Part shown: positions 1 through 12,100 of the stretch, in pieces
Layout of the letters: every line of letters starts with the position of its first letter
Position numbering within the stretch: the stretch's first letter is position 1
Assembly (NCBI GenBank): GCA_038087875.1
Contig: CM075987.1
Span: forward strand, 27,716,001 to 27,780,000
Direction: 5' to 3'
Length of the DNA stretch: 64,000 nucleotides
Origin: Malacoraja senta
Lineage: Eukaryota
Translations under genes and position numbers: made by a program
The notes under the pieces: generated by a model
What the model was told of the DNA's origin: nothing
Seen by the model: only the letters and a program-made list of their open reading frames with translations
The model's database searches: none

Positions 1-357
1 ATGACCAAATTATACCCAGTCGATTAGGGATGGAAATATTGATTTTATATAGCAAATGCCATTCTGTACAAACTTTGACAAGTGTAGCTGTGCTATTTCT
101 GCAACAACTTACTGGAGAAATCCATTTGTATTCTATAATTATCCTCTATATCAATTCGCTCGAAGTATTTCCACCTTTATCATGAATGTTTCCTGAATCT
201 GTGTTTTATAAATCTTGACATAAAGTACCTCTGATTGGTCCATAGTGGTGTGAATAGATATAGTGGTTCACATTAGTCTGTACTCTAGATAATTACCAAG
301 ATTTGCAGGCTGCAGCTTTGCATCACTGTTCACTAATGATCTTCTGGCTGGTCCATG

Positions 358-640
358 AAAGGGTCGAGTTGCTGCCTCACAGCGCCAGAGACCCGGGTTC
401 AATCCTGACTGCGGGTGCTGTCTGTACGCAGTTTGTATGTTTTCCCTGTGACCATGTGGGTTTTCTCCGGGTACTCTGGTTTCCTCCCACATCTCAAAGA
501 TGAGCAGGTATGTCAGTGAATTGGCTTCTGTAAATTGCCCCTAGTGTGTAGGGTAGAACTAGTATACGGGTGATCACTGGTCAGCTTGGACTTGGTGGGC
601 CGAAGGGCCAGTTTCCATGCTGCATCTTTGAAACTAAAAG
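358..640 (+). mobile_element. HE1-like SINE
   Basis: Same body as the 49607 copy. Confidence 0.8.
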
Positions 641-3224
641 TAACAGAACAGAGTTCATGTTGATCCAGCATTTTCATAAGCGATTTGAAGTAAGAACCTG
701 CTTTCTTAAAACAATTGTTAAAAATGTAATCATTTCCAAAAGCACAAATGTATGGATCCCGTTGGGAACTTTTGAAATAACTCTGCAAGTTGGTCCTGCT
801 TTTGTGCAACTGTTTACAAAATTAGACATTGATGTACATTATATTGCGGCATCTCACATCTGGGTACTTAAAGAAAACCGACATTGATAGAAACTTGGGC
901 TGTCGAATAGTTGGAAAGTAGCTCCGCGCGACAGGCAGCATTTCTGGAGAGAAGGAATAGCTGATGGGTTCGGGTCGAGACCCTTCTTCAAACCTGACTG
1001 GGTCTCAACCTGAATCGTTGCCTATTCCTTCTCTCCAGAGATGCTGCCTGACCCGCTGAGTTACTCCAGCACTTTGTATCTATCTTTGGTGCAAACCAGC
1101 AGCTGCAGTTCCTTCCTACACATTGATTCCATGTTGGACGGCCAACTGAAAATAAACTGTGAAAGATCTGCCTGAAAAGTACATTTGTTCATAAATGTTT
1201 CACTTTGTCAATCTTCTTCAAGGTGCTGTACCTCGCCTCTTGCCATTTTCCCCTGCAAATATCCCCCCATGTTCATTTGAAGTTGTCCTTTTGGTATCTT
1301 CTCAACTTGTGAGCGATGATCTTCACTGTTTACACCTGCATTGTGTTCCTCTTCTGTCTGTGCTAGTTCTCAAACGTTGATGACTCCCCTTCCATTCCAA
1401 CGTCCTTGTGTTGCAATGTTACCTCGGCACCGATTTGTCGTACAAGTGCTTTTGAGACGATAAATTTTGCTGGAAAAATGTATCATGCTTATTTTCAATA
1501 AATGTTTCCTTTTTTATTATCTTTAACTATATCTTCTGTTTTCTTATTGGCAAAGCATTTTATTCAGTAGTAACTGTGGAACATTCTTCAACATTGACCG
1601 GTGAAACACCTGTGGGAATTGGTGTCCTCATTGCAACTGTATAAAAGTGTGAACCGATACCTAATGTGTAGACTTAGCCTGTCAGGTTAACCTGCATATT
1701 AGATTATAAATGTACAGTGTAAGAAAAAAGTGTTTCTAACTACCATATAAATGAGGCCGACAGTGTGCAGCAGCGTTTGGAACCAAAAAGACCAAAACCC
1801 TCCCATTTCACCCCCCACCGAAACATGTGGTAATTGGAGAGTCAGAGTTCTGGAGTAACTCAGCGAGTCAGGCAGCATCTCTGGAGCAAGGCCAGTAGGA
1901 GAGGAGAGGGAATCGGGGTACCGTGTCTTCAAGGTCAACTGTGGGAGGCGCACCCGGACACAAAAGATGGGCGGGCGGGCGAGCAGAGGGACGTAGGTTC
2001 ACTGGTCGAGCTGCACGTCCAAGAAAACCAAGAAAGTTGGAGGCCCGCAGCAGCCTGGGACTCGCCTGGATCTGGCACCGCTCATAAGAACTAGAGCGCG
2101 GACTGGACTGTGAAATTGGCAGCAAAAACCCGGCGGCTCTTGCATATGGGCTCAGTAGACTATTTGTGTACACTTTGCTAATTGTGGATGTGCTTGGGTA
2201 TGGCAACACTTTACTAGACGGACAGGGAATCAGGCTCTGGGGAAAAACTAGCCCTCCAAGTCATTCATGCAAATAGTAAATAATTGAGGACCAAGAACTG
2301 AACCTTGAGGAACTCCACTAGTTGTGTTTTTACAGCCTGAAAAATAACCATTTGTTCTGACTCTGTGGTCTAGCATCATGAGACCTAGGGCAAATTAAAT
2401 AGCAATTTAAGTAATTAAAAAGGTCTGCCCAGTTTGTGATTTTTAAATACTGTACATCTGGTTTGATATTGTGTACATGCAACTCTTAAACCAACACTCT
2501 ATACCAAATAGGCCTGCAAATGTATTTACACTTTAGAGATACAGCGCGGAAACAGGCCCTTCGGCCCACCAAACCAGCACTGATCAACAATCACCCCGTA
2601 CACTGGGGTCAATTTACAATTTGGTACCCAAGCCGATTACTCTACAAACCTGCATGTCTTTGGAATGTGGGAGGAAACCAGAGCACCAGGAGAAAACCCA
2701 CAGTCACAGGTAGAACATACAAACTCCATACAGACAGCACCTGAAGTCAGGATCAAATCCATGTCTCTGCCACTGGAAGGCGACAACTCTAATGCTGTGC
2801 AATCCCGTTATACTTTATAAATATAAATATTTATATAAATAAATGCATATATAAATATAAAGTATTTATATTTGAGATGAGAGGATTGTTTCCAAAACTC
2901 ATTTATTGGCCATTGCTATTTGCCCTGAGAAGGTGCTTAATGAGCAGATTTCTCAAACTTGTAATACTTCTGAAGGCCTCCCGTGATACTTTTGGGAGAG
3001 TTTAAAGATAAAAACCCTAATGAAGGTCTCAATGCTGTTTCCAAGTCAGGCTGGTATGCAACTTGAAGAGGAACCTGCAGGTGGCGGTGTTGCTGGTTTT
3101 ATATAGCAGGAATGGTTCAGCAGTGACTTGCTAGGCCACTAGAGGGCACTTCTGAGTCAAACGCATGGGGCGCTTAATTACCACTTGACCTCACTGAGGT
3201 TCAGCTGGACTTCTCACCTCTCAC

Positions 3225-3575
3225 CTCTCTCAATCTCTCCATCACAGACAGACTATCAATTTACATCTACAAGAATCCTACACTCATAGTTACCTGGACT
3301 ACACTTCCTCCCTCCCTACCTCTTGCAAAGACACTATTCCCTATTCACAATTGCACCGTCTCTGCTGCATCTGCTTCCAAGATGTGGCTTTCCATTCTCG
3401 GATGTCCGAGAAGTCCTTCGTTCTTTAGTAATTGTGGTTTTCCCCTTGCTGACATAAATGGATCCCTCATCCGCGTCTCTTCTGTGTCCCAGAGCGTAGA
3501 GTTCCCCTGGTCCTCGCCTTTCACACCCCCAGCCTCCGCATCCACCACTTTATCCTCTAACATTTACGTCTGATT
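3225..3575 (+). mobile_element. Degenerate Penelope-like RT/linker fragment
   Basis: Reads HSYLDYTSS..SCKDTIPYSQ..RL..IC with indels, as in the PLE RT thumb region. Confidence 0.65.
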
Positions 3576-3724
3576 AACAAGTATACCAATTTGAATACTG
3601 GGTAGGAAGGAACTGCAGATGCTGGTTTACACCGATGATGGACACGAAATGCAGTATCAATCATTTTAGGCAGTTAAATGAACAATTAACCTTGCCATAT
3701 ACAAACAATGAGGAAAATCCTATC

Positions 3725-4310
3725 ATAGAGTCATACAGTGTTGAAACAGGCCCTTCAGTCCATCTACACTCATTCCACCTGCCTGCATTTGGCCCAGATC
3801 CCTCCACACCTGTCCTATCCATGTACCTGTCTAACTTATTCATAAATGTTGGGATTGTTCCTGCCTCAACTACGTCCTCTGGCAGCTCGTTCCATACACC
3901 CACCACCCTTTGTGTGAAAAAGTTACCCCTCAGATTCCTATTAAATCTTTTCTCCTTCACCTTAAACCTATGTCGAAGGGCCTATCTCCACACTGTTTCA
4001 CTCTATGGCTATACCTGCGACTCCACCTTAAAGAAACCATGCACCTGTACTCCTCGATCCCTCTGCTCTACAACACTCCCCAGAGCCCTACCATTCACGG
4101 TATAGGTCCTGCATGTGTTAGACCTCTCAAAATGCAACACCTCACATTTCTCTGTGTTAAATTCCATCAACCATTCCTCATCCCACCTGGCCAATCGATC
4201 CAGATCCTACTGCAATTTATCACAACCATCTTCACTATCTGCAAAACCACCCACTTTTGTATCAACTGCCAACTTGTTCATCTTGCCATGTATGCTCTTA
4301 TCCACATCAT
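3725..4310 (-). mobile_element. CR1 (HER1-like) 3' fragments
   Basis: WLMEFNTEKCEVLHF and NFFTQRVVGVWNELP RT C-terminal pieces on the minus strand. Confidence 0.8.
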
Positions 4311-4964
4311 TGATTTATTTTTTCAACCATCAATTCCTTAACATCAAACAAATTCACCCAGTGTTTACATATTTGTTAATTTGTGGGGACAAATGTTATC
4401 CTGAAAGTGTCATTGGTATAAAAAGTCCCTTGACCCACTACAATCAGAATTGATAACATGAGCCATTTCTAAACAAATAGCAATTGCTCACATTCAGTGA
4501 AGGGAACAAAACCAACCTCTCAATTTTCGGACTAATTTTAAAATTGGTCGTGCAAGTCTTGAGCCCATTGAAAAATCCGAGCAGTGACCACTCGAGAGCC
4601 TCAAATTCAATCAGTGCATTGACCGGATGTGAAGATCGTGTGCAAAATAATCCTGTTGGTTTGTAAATTCCAATATTGATTAGCAAGCCATTGAAATTCA
4701 AATCAAACTATATTTAGTAAAAATCAATCCAAATCAATGTATTTAACATTTTATAGAAATATTTACAGATCAGTTGCTGACACAATGCCTTTCATTCTGT
4801 TTTAATTGTATACAAGACCACCCTCACTGATAGCCCCAGCAGTGCCTCAAATTTACTCCAACAGCCAGTTGCACATCCTTGAGCTCACAATCCCACACTA
4901 ACTGGGTGCATATCCTGGACCTCTGTCCTTCATGCATGTCTCTGATGATATTGGCTGTCATCTG

Positions 4965-5138
4965 TCAGTGCAGATTGCCAAACAAAGAGAAATGTTTGTT
5001 GATGTGAGAATTTGGCCGGTATCCAATTCGTTCGTTAATCTTCTCTCGCACCTTCGCCTCGTCTCTTGCTCCGTTTGCACTCTCCACGTCACTGGAGCTC
5101 ACCATTTCTCTTTCGTCCTGCTGCTGCTTCTTCTGATT
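4965..5138 (-). CDS. CDC26: CDC26 coding exon 2 (final; protein 84 aa)
   Basis: Acceptor ttttgtctgcAG; translates NQKKQQQDEREMVSSSDVESANGARDEAKVREKINERIGYRPNSHINKHFSLFGNLH*, with an INERIGY motif as in vertebrate CDC26; TGA at 4967-4965. Confidence 0.93.
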   Translation of the reverse strand, partial: NQKKQQQDEREMVSSSDVESANGARDEAKVREKINERIGYRPNSHINKHFSLFGNLH

Positions 5139-5199
5139 CTGCAGACAAAATGAATGAATAAATGAATACGTTTATTGGCCAAGTATTCATACGAGGAAG

Positions 5200-5381
5200 G
5201 TAGACAAAAGTGCTGGAGAAACTCAGCGGGTAAGGCAGCATCTATGGAGCGAAGGAAATAGGCAAGGTTTTAGGCCGAAACCCATCAGTCTGAAGAAGGG
5301 TTTCGGCCCGAAACGTTGCCTATTTCCTTCGCTCCATAGATGCTGCCGCATCCGCTAAGTTTCTCCAGCACTTTTGTCTAC
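5200..5381. repeat. Palindromic pair of Penelope-derived terminal arms with a minimal hammerhead core
   Basis: GTAGACAAAAGTGCTGG...CCAGCACTTTTGTCTAC inverted arms; CTGAAGA-GGGT(TTCG)GCCC-GAAACGTT at 5290-5317. Related single or palindromic copies near 931, 17054, 17352, 19190, 19766, 21040, 27150, 31138, 32175, 36325, 39638, 41078, 42330, 43648, 51167, 53510, 56318, 59665, 60452, 61216 and 61736. Confidence 0.85.
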
Positions 5382-6269
5382 ATTCACATATTATTTCTGC
5401 TTCAAATAACTCATAAACTAAACACATTCACCAATCAAGACATGATATATACCACAATGACATGCAGCAAAATTATAATACAATATCTCAACTCTTTTTA
5501 CACATTGTAATTAATGCAATTTCTATTAGTTCTTTCCACTTCCAAACAAAAATGTGGTTGGATTATTCAACATATGATCAACCTGTGTCAATAAATCCTG
5601 GACCATGGTAACATATATGCTTAACCATGCACACTACAGATTGATGCAAGCATGTTCTCTGTGAAAGACCAAAAATTATCATGACATGGCCTTAGCATGG
5701 GTCGTTATTGCTATTGGTACAGAAACACTCTCGCTTCCCAAATAATTTATCCATAACAAAATATACAGGTTGCAAGGAAATTTCTAAAGGCATTTTATGA
5801 TAATAGCTGTTAAGACCGACTATACCCATCTGACAGGTTAAACATTACACTAATTTTAAAGAGAAGGCCAAAGTACATAACTGCAGCAAATGTTCTTTTG
5901 GTAATATGTTTAAAGGTTTCAAAACAAATAATAACATTGGGAATTAAAACACATTTGATTGCATTCCGTTATCAAACATAGTCAATGTTCGCTCTGAAGA
6001 CCATGAAGCACAATAGGTTCAGGGAGGGGGGGGGTGTGTGTGAATCAATGCGGGATGGATAGATGGCGGTGGGGGAGGGGGTTGAGAAGGCAATCAGTGC
6101 GGAATGGATGGATTGAGGCAGGTGAATTAGTACGTGTTGGTTGGAGTATGTAAAATTGTGAGGGGAGAGCACGGGGCATGTCAGTGGTGTTGAATGGGGG
6201 GTTCAGTACGGGCTGGATGGGGGGGGGCTCAGTACAGGATGAATGGGGGGTCAGTACAGGATGAATGGG

Positions 6270-6707
6270 GGTAGACAAAAATGCTGGAGAAACTCAGCGG
6301 GTGAGGCAGCATCTATGGAGCGAAGGAAATAGGCAACGTTTCGGGTCGAAACCCTTCTTCAGACTGATGTAGGGTGGGGGGGGGTGGGGAGAAGAAAGGA
6401 GAAAGGAAGAGCCAGAGGGCTGAGGGAGAACTGAGAAGGGGAGGAGACAGCAAGGGCTACCGGAAATTGGAGAAGTCAATGTTCATGCCGCTAGGGTGCA
6501 GACTGCCCAAGCAGAATATGAGGAGCTGCTCCTCCAATTTACGGTGGGCCTCACTCTGGCCATGGAGGAGGCCCAGGACAGAAAGGTCGGATTCGGAATG
6601 GGAGGGGGAGTTGAAGTGCTGAGCCACAGGGAGATCAGGTTGGTTAATGCGGACTGAGTGGAGGTGTTTGGCGAAACGATCGCCAAGCCTGCGCTTGGTC
6701 TCACCGA
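6270..6707 (-). mobile_element. Penelope-like element 3' end (GIY-YIG C-terminus + terminal arm)
   Basis: 6705-6457 translates GETKRRLGDRFAKHLHSVRINQPDLPVAQHFNSPSHSESDLSVLGLLHGQSEAHRKLEEQLLIFCLGSLHPSGMNIDFSNFR*, typical of the PLE GIY-YIG endonuclease; runs directly into the ~90-nt arm repeated across the window. Confidence 0.88.
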
Positions 6708-7611
6708 ATCAGGTTGGTTAATGCAGACCGAGTGGAGATCAGGTTGGTTATACGAGGAATTTGCCTTGGTGCTCCGCCCGCAAGTGACAATGACATATAG
6801 TGACAGTTAGGAATGACACATTAAACATTAATAATAAAACATTATTAATTAAACGTAAAATACCAGAGCAAAAGGAGGCTACAGATTTTTGGTTATTGAG
6901 TAGACCTACTACTCGTGGGGAAAAAAGCTGTTTTTATGTCTGGCTGATCACAAAACCAGATCACATTCAGAACTCCAAGAGGCGTATAATGAAAATACAA
7001 GGGAATATACAAATAAGCCTTCTCAATTTCACAGAGGATTTTAAAAAAGGACATGAATTTGAACTAGTACAAACAAAGGACTGCAGATAGACACAAAATG
7101 CTGAATTAACTCAGGCAACATCTCTGGATGGAAGGGATGGGAGACTCTTCGTCAGACAGGGATCTTGGACTGCAGGTGCTGGAATAACTCAGCAAATCAG
7201 GCAGCTTCTCTGCAGGACATGGATAGGTGACATTTCAGGTTGAGAGTTTAGTTTAGAGGTACAGTGTGGAAACAGGCCCTTTAGCCCGCAAACCAGCAAT
7301 CCCTGTACACTAGTTCTATCCTACACACTAAAGACAATTTACAGAAGCCAGTTAACCTACAAACTTGCACATCTTTGGAGTGTGGGAGGAAACCGGAGCA
7401 TCCGGAGAAAACCCACACGGTCACAGGGAGAACGGACAAACTCCATACAGACAGCAGCCGTAGTCAGGGTCTCTGGAGCTGTGAGGCAGCAACTCTGCCG
7501 CGTTCACCAGAGATGCTGCCTGGCCCGCTGAATTACTCCAGCTCTTTGTGTCCTATGGATTTAAAGTAGTCAGGAGGATTGAAGAGGAAGTGGTGAAAAG
7601 ATGTTGGGAGC

Positions 7612-7832
7612 AGAGGGTGGTGAGCTCTGGACCTGAGCACAGTGTGGGTGGGTGGGTGGGTGGGTGGTGAGACCTGGACACAGTGTGGGTGGGTGGGTGG
7701 GTGGGTGGTGAGACCTGGACCTGAGCACAGTGTGGGTGGGTGGGTGGGTGGGTGGTGAGACCTGGACACAGTGTGGGTGGGTGGGTGGGTGGTGAGACCT
7801 GGACCTGAGCACAGTGTGGGTGGGTGGACCTC
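7612..7832. repeat. (GGGT)n-containing minisatellite in CDC26 intron 1
   Basis: Units GAGACCTGGAC(CTGAGC)ACAGTGT(GGGT)n. Confidence 0.9.
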
Positions 7833-8068
7833 AGCAGGGATGTGACCCGAGGCAGAGCTGAGTGTAGTGGACAGAGGCAGAGGGTGGGTGGGGAGACCTG
7901 GACCCCAGCCGGAGCAGAGACCAGGTGGGTCGTGGCCCTGAGCAGAGACAGACAGACCCCTCTCTCCCCGCCCCGCCAGAGCCGGTCCCCGCCCGGGGAG
8001 GTGGCACTGGGCTGCCGGGGCTGGGGCTGGGGTTGCGGGCTTGGGCCGGGTCTCCGAGCTCTTCCCAC

Positions 8069-8149
8069 CTCCAGCTCCTTCTTCATGCTCTCAAACTCCT
8101 CGATGTCATCCAGCTTCAGCTCGAGCCGGGTGGGCTTCCGCCGCAGCAT
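8069..8149 (-). CDS. CDC26: CDC26 (APC/C subunit APC12) coding exon 1
   Basis: ATG at 8149; translates [27 protein letters not shown], the conserved CDC26 N-terminus; GT donor at 8068-8067, phase 0. Confidence 0.96.
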
Positions 8150-8450
8150 CGCGCCGCTAGGCCCGGCCGGTAGTTCTTTGGTGCGCACGCGCCGACGCCG
8201 TGCGCGATGGGATATGTAGTCCCAAAGTGTGAACTCCAACTCCCGGCACCCTGGTCGGCCCAGCTGGGTGGCGCGCGTGCGCTGGCGCCGTGCACGCCGG
8301 GACCTGTAGTCAGATTAAGAACTCCAACCCCACCCCCCGTCAGCCCCCGCGCCATGCGTCACCTCGGGCGGCCACGCGCATGCGTCGGTGCCGTGCACGC
8401 TGGGATATGTAGTCCGCTTGAAACTCCAAGTCCCGGCGGCCCGCGAGGTG
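8150..8450. promoter_or_regulatory. CpG-rich bidirectional promoter of CDC26/PRPF4 with ZNF143(Staf)/THAP11-type ACTACAnnTCCC motifs and an NRF1-like GCGCATGCG
   Basis: CpG-dense stretch (about 7950-8650) between head-to-head genes; GGGA(T/C)(A/C)TGTAGT ends at 8220, 8310 and 8413; GCGCATGCG at 8376-8384. Confidence 0.8.
8400..8447 (+). other. PRPF4: Probable non-coding first exon of PRPF4 (5' boundary uncertain)
   Basis: Donor GAG|GTGAGG at 8447/8448 at the edge of the CpG island; the ATG-bearing exon has its own upstream acceptor at 13627. Confidence 0.55.
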
Positions 8451-9150
8451 AGGGCGATGCGAGCGTGAAGGCCGCAGGCAGGCAGGCAGGCAGGTGGACG
8501 GACGGACGGACCGGCGCCGCTGGTTGTTGTCACCCCGCATGGAGAGCGCAGCTTGTGGGTGAAGGAGCTGCCGAGCCCGGGGCACAGGCTCTACCCCGCA
8601 TCCTCCAGGCCGACACCTCCGGTGGGTAGACACATGGTGCCGCAGTAACAGCGGGGGCAGGCAGCGTCTGTGGAGAGAACGATGGGCCTAGTCTGAAGAC
8701 GTGAGGCTCCAGCGGGTAATGGAGCAAGGCCCCGCTCTCACACCACAAGCCAGAGCAGCAGCATTGGGCCGTTCAGCCCGACACATTAGCCTGGCCACCT
8801 TCCACATACTGACCTGATACAAAGTGCTAGCCCTGCTTCTGAACTGTTCCACAATGATTCCTTGTTAACCACAGCCTCTATATTACATTCTACTTTTCAA
8901 TCCCACCCATGTCCTCTCCCCTCCTTACTCTGGGAATTTCCCCCAGGGCTGGTACGCTCTGAGATCACTTGTACACCTCCAGTTCTGCCTTGTTACCTAA
9001 CTCCGACACTATGTGGAGTACCTTAAGCACTCACCTCTTCCCATTCCTTTGACCTTTGTGGTTCATAAGTCATGGGAACACAATTGGGCCATTCAGCCCA
9101 TCAAGTTCCTCAGTCTGAAGATGGGTCTCTACCCGCAATGCCATCTATTC

Positions 9151-12100
9151 ACTAATAAACAGAGAATAAGAGGTGGTGGGGTTCTTAAATGGGTGAGCAG
9201 AGAAACAGAGGGGTGTAAAATGCGGGCGGAAGCAATAGGTAGCAAGGTGAAAGGTAAAAGTGGCAGGCAGACAAATCCAGGGCAAAAATCAAAAAGAGCC
9301 ACTTTTCAACATAATTGTATAAGGGGTAAGAGCGTTGTAAAAACAAGCCTGAAGGCTTTGTGTCTCAATGCAAGGAGCATTCGTAATAAGGTGGATGAGT
9401 TGAACGTGCAGATAGCAATTAATGATTATGATATAGTTGGGATCACGGAGACATGGCTCCAAGGTGACCAAGGCTGGGAGCTGAACATCCAGGGATATTC
9501 AATATTCAGGAGGGATAGAGAGAAAGGAAAAGGAGGTGGGGTGGCGTTGCTGGTTAGAGAGGAGATTAACGCAGTGGAAAGGAAGGACATTAGCTTGGAG
9601 GATGTGGAATCGGTATGGGTAGAGCTGCGAAACACTAAGGGGCAGAAAACGCTGGTGGGCGTTGTGTACAGGCCACCTAGCAGTAGTAGTGAAGTTGGGG
9701 ATGGCATCAAACAGGAAATTAGAAATGCGTGCAACAAAGGCAAAACAGTTATAATGGGTGACTTCAATCTACATATAGATTGGGTGAATCAAATTGGCAG
9801 GGGTGCTGAGGAAGAGGATTTCTTGGAATGTATGAGGGATAGTTATCTAAACCAACATGTAGAGGAACCAACGAGAGAGCAGGCTATTCTAGACTGGGTA
9901 TTGAGTAATGAGGAAGGGTTAGTTAGCAGACTTGTTGTGCGTGCCCCCTTGGGCAAGAGTGATCATAATATGGTTGAGTTCTTCATTAGGATGGAGAGTG
10001 ACATTGTTAATTCAGAAACAACGGTTCTGAACTTAAAGAAAGGTAACTTTGAGGGTATGAGACGTGAATTGGCCAAGATTGACTGGCAATTAGTTCTAAA
10101 AGGGTTGACGGTGGATATGCAATGGAAGGCATTTAAAGACTGCATGGATGAACTACAAAAATTGTTCATCCCAGTTTGGCAAAAGAATAAATCAAGGAAG
10201 GTAGTGCATCCGTGGATAACAAGGGAAATCAGGGATAGTATCAAAGCAAAAGATGATGCGTACAAATTAGCCAGAAAAAGCAGCATACCAGAGGACTGGG
10301 AGAAATTCAGAGACCAGCAGAGGAGGACAAAGGGCTTAATTAGGAAAGGGAAAATAGATTATGAAAGGAAACTGGCAGGGAACATAAAAACTGACTGCAA
10401 AAGTTTTTATAGATATGTGAAGAGAAAGAGATTAGTTAAATCAAATGTAGGTCCCTTGCAGTCAGAAACAGGTGAATTGATCATGGGGAACAAGGATATG
10501 GCAGACCAATTGAATAACTACTTTGGTTCCGTCTTCACTAAGGAAGACATAAATAATCTGCCGGAAATAGCAGGGGGCCGCGGGTCAAAGGAGATGGAGG
10601 AACTGAGTGAAATCCAGGTTAGTCGGGAAGTGGTGTTGGGTAAATTGAATGGATTAAAGGCCGATAAATCACCAGGGCCAGATAGGCTGCATCCCAGAGT
10701 ACTTAAGGAAGTAGCTCCAGAAATAGTGGATGCATTAGTGATAATTTTTCAAAACTCTTTAGATTCTGGAGTAGTTCCTGAGGATTGGAGGGTAGCAAAC
10801 GTAACCCCACTTTTTAAGAAGGGAGGGAGAGAGAAAACGGGGAATTACAGACCAGTTAGTCTAACATCGGTAGTGGGGAAACTGCTAGAGTCAGTTATTA
10901 AAGATGGGATAGCAGCACATTTGGAAAGTGGTGAAATCATTGGACAAAGTCAGCATGGATTTACGAAAGGTAAATCGTGTCTGACGAATCTTATAGAATT
11001 TTTCGAGGATGTAACTAGTAGAGTGGATAGGGGAGAACCAGTGGATGTGTTGTATCTGGACTTTCAGAAGGCTTTCGACAAGGTACCACATAAGAGATTA
11101 GGATACAAACTTAAATCACACGGTATTGGGGGTTCAGTATTGATGTGGATAGAGAACTGGCTGGCAAACAGGAAGCAAAGAGTAGGAGTAAACGGGTCCT
11201 TTTCACAATGGCAGGCAGTGACTAGTGGGGTACCACAAGGCTCAGTGCTGGGACCCCAGCTATTTACAATTTATATTAATGATCTGGACGAGGGAATTGA
11301 AAGCAACATCTCCAAGTTTGCGGATGACACTAAGCTGGGGGGCAGTGTTAGCTGTGAGGAGGATGCTAGGAGACTGCAAGGTGACTTGGATAGGCTGGGT
11401 GAGTGGGCAAATGTTTGGCAGATGCAGTATAATGTGGATAAATGTGAGGTTATCCACTTTGGTAGCAAAAACGGGAAGGCAGACTATTATCTAAATGGTG
11501 GCCGATTAGGAAATGGGGAGATGCAGCGAGACCTGGGTGTCATGGTACACCAGTCATTGAAAGTAGGCATGCAGGTGCAGCAGGCAGTGAAGAAAGCGAA
11601 TGGTATGTTGGCCTTCATAGCAAGAGGATTTGAGTATAGGAGCAGCGAGGTTCTACTGCAGTTGTACAGGGTCTTGGTGAGACCACACCTGGAGTATTGC
11701 GTACAGTTTTGGTCTCCAAATCTGAGGAAGGACATTATAGCCATAGAGGGAGTGCAGAGAAGGTTCACCAGACTGATTCCTGGGATGTCAGGACTTTCAT
11801 ATGAAGAAAGACTGGATAGACTTGGCTTATACTCGCTAGAATTTAGGAGATTGAGAGGGGATCTTATAGAAACGTACAAGATTCTTATGGGGATGGACAG
11901 GCTAGATGCAGGAAGATTGTTCCCGATGTTGGGGAAGTCCAGGACAAGGGGTCACAGCTTAAGGATAAGGGGGAAATCCTTTAAGACCGAGATGAGGAAA
12001 AACTTTTTCACACAGAGAGTGGTGAATCTCTGGAACTCTCTGCCACAGAGGGTAGTTGAGGCCAGTTCATTGGCTATATTTAAGAGGGAATTAGATGTGG

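Noticed and set aside
7553..8239. 228-aa ORF as an extended CDC26
   Set aside because: Only 8149-8069 is CDC26; the rest is read-through past the donor into a minisatellite.
9013..9150. N-terminal 46 aa as part of CR1 ORF2
   Set aside because: Lies outside the element, in flanking repeats; part of the same peptide recurs in the duplicate at about 56030-56099.
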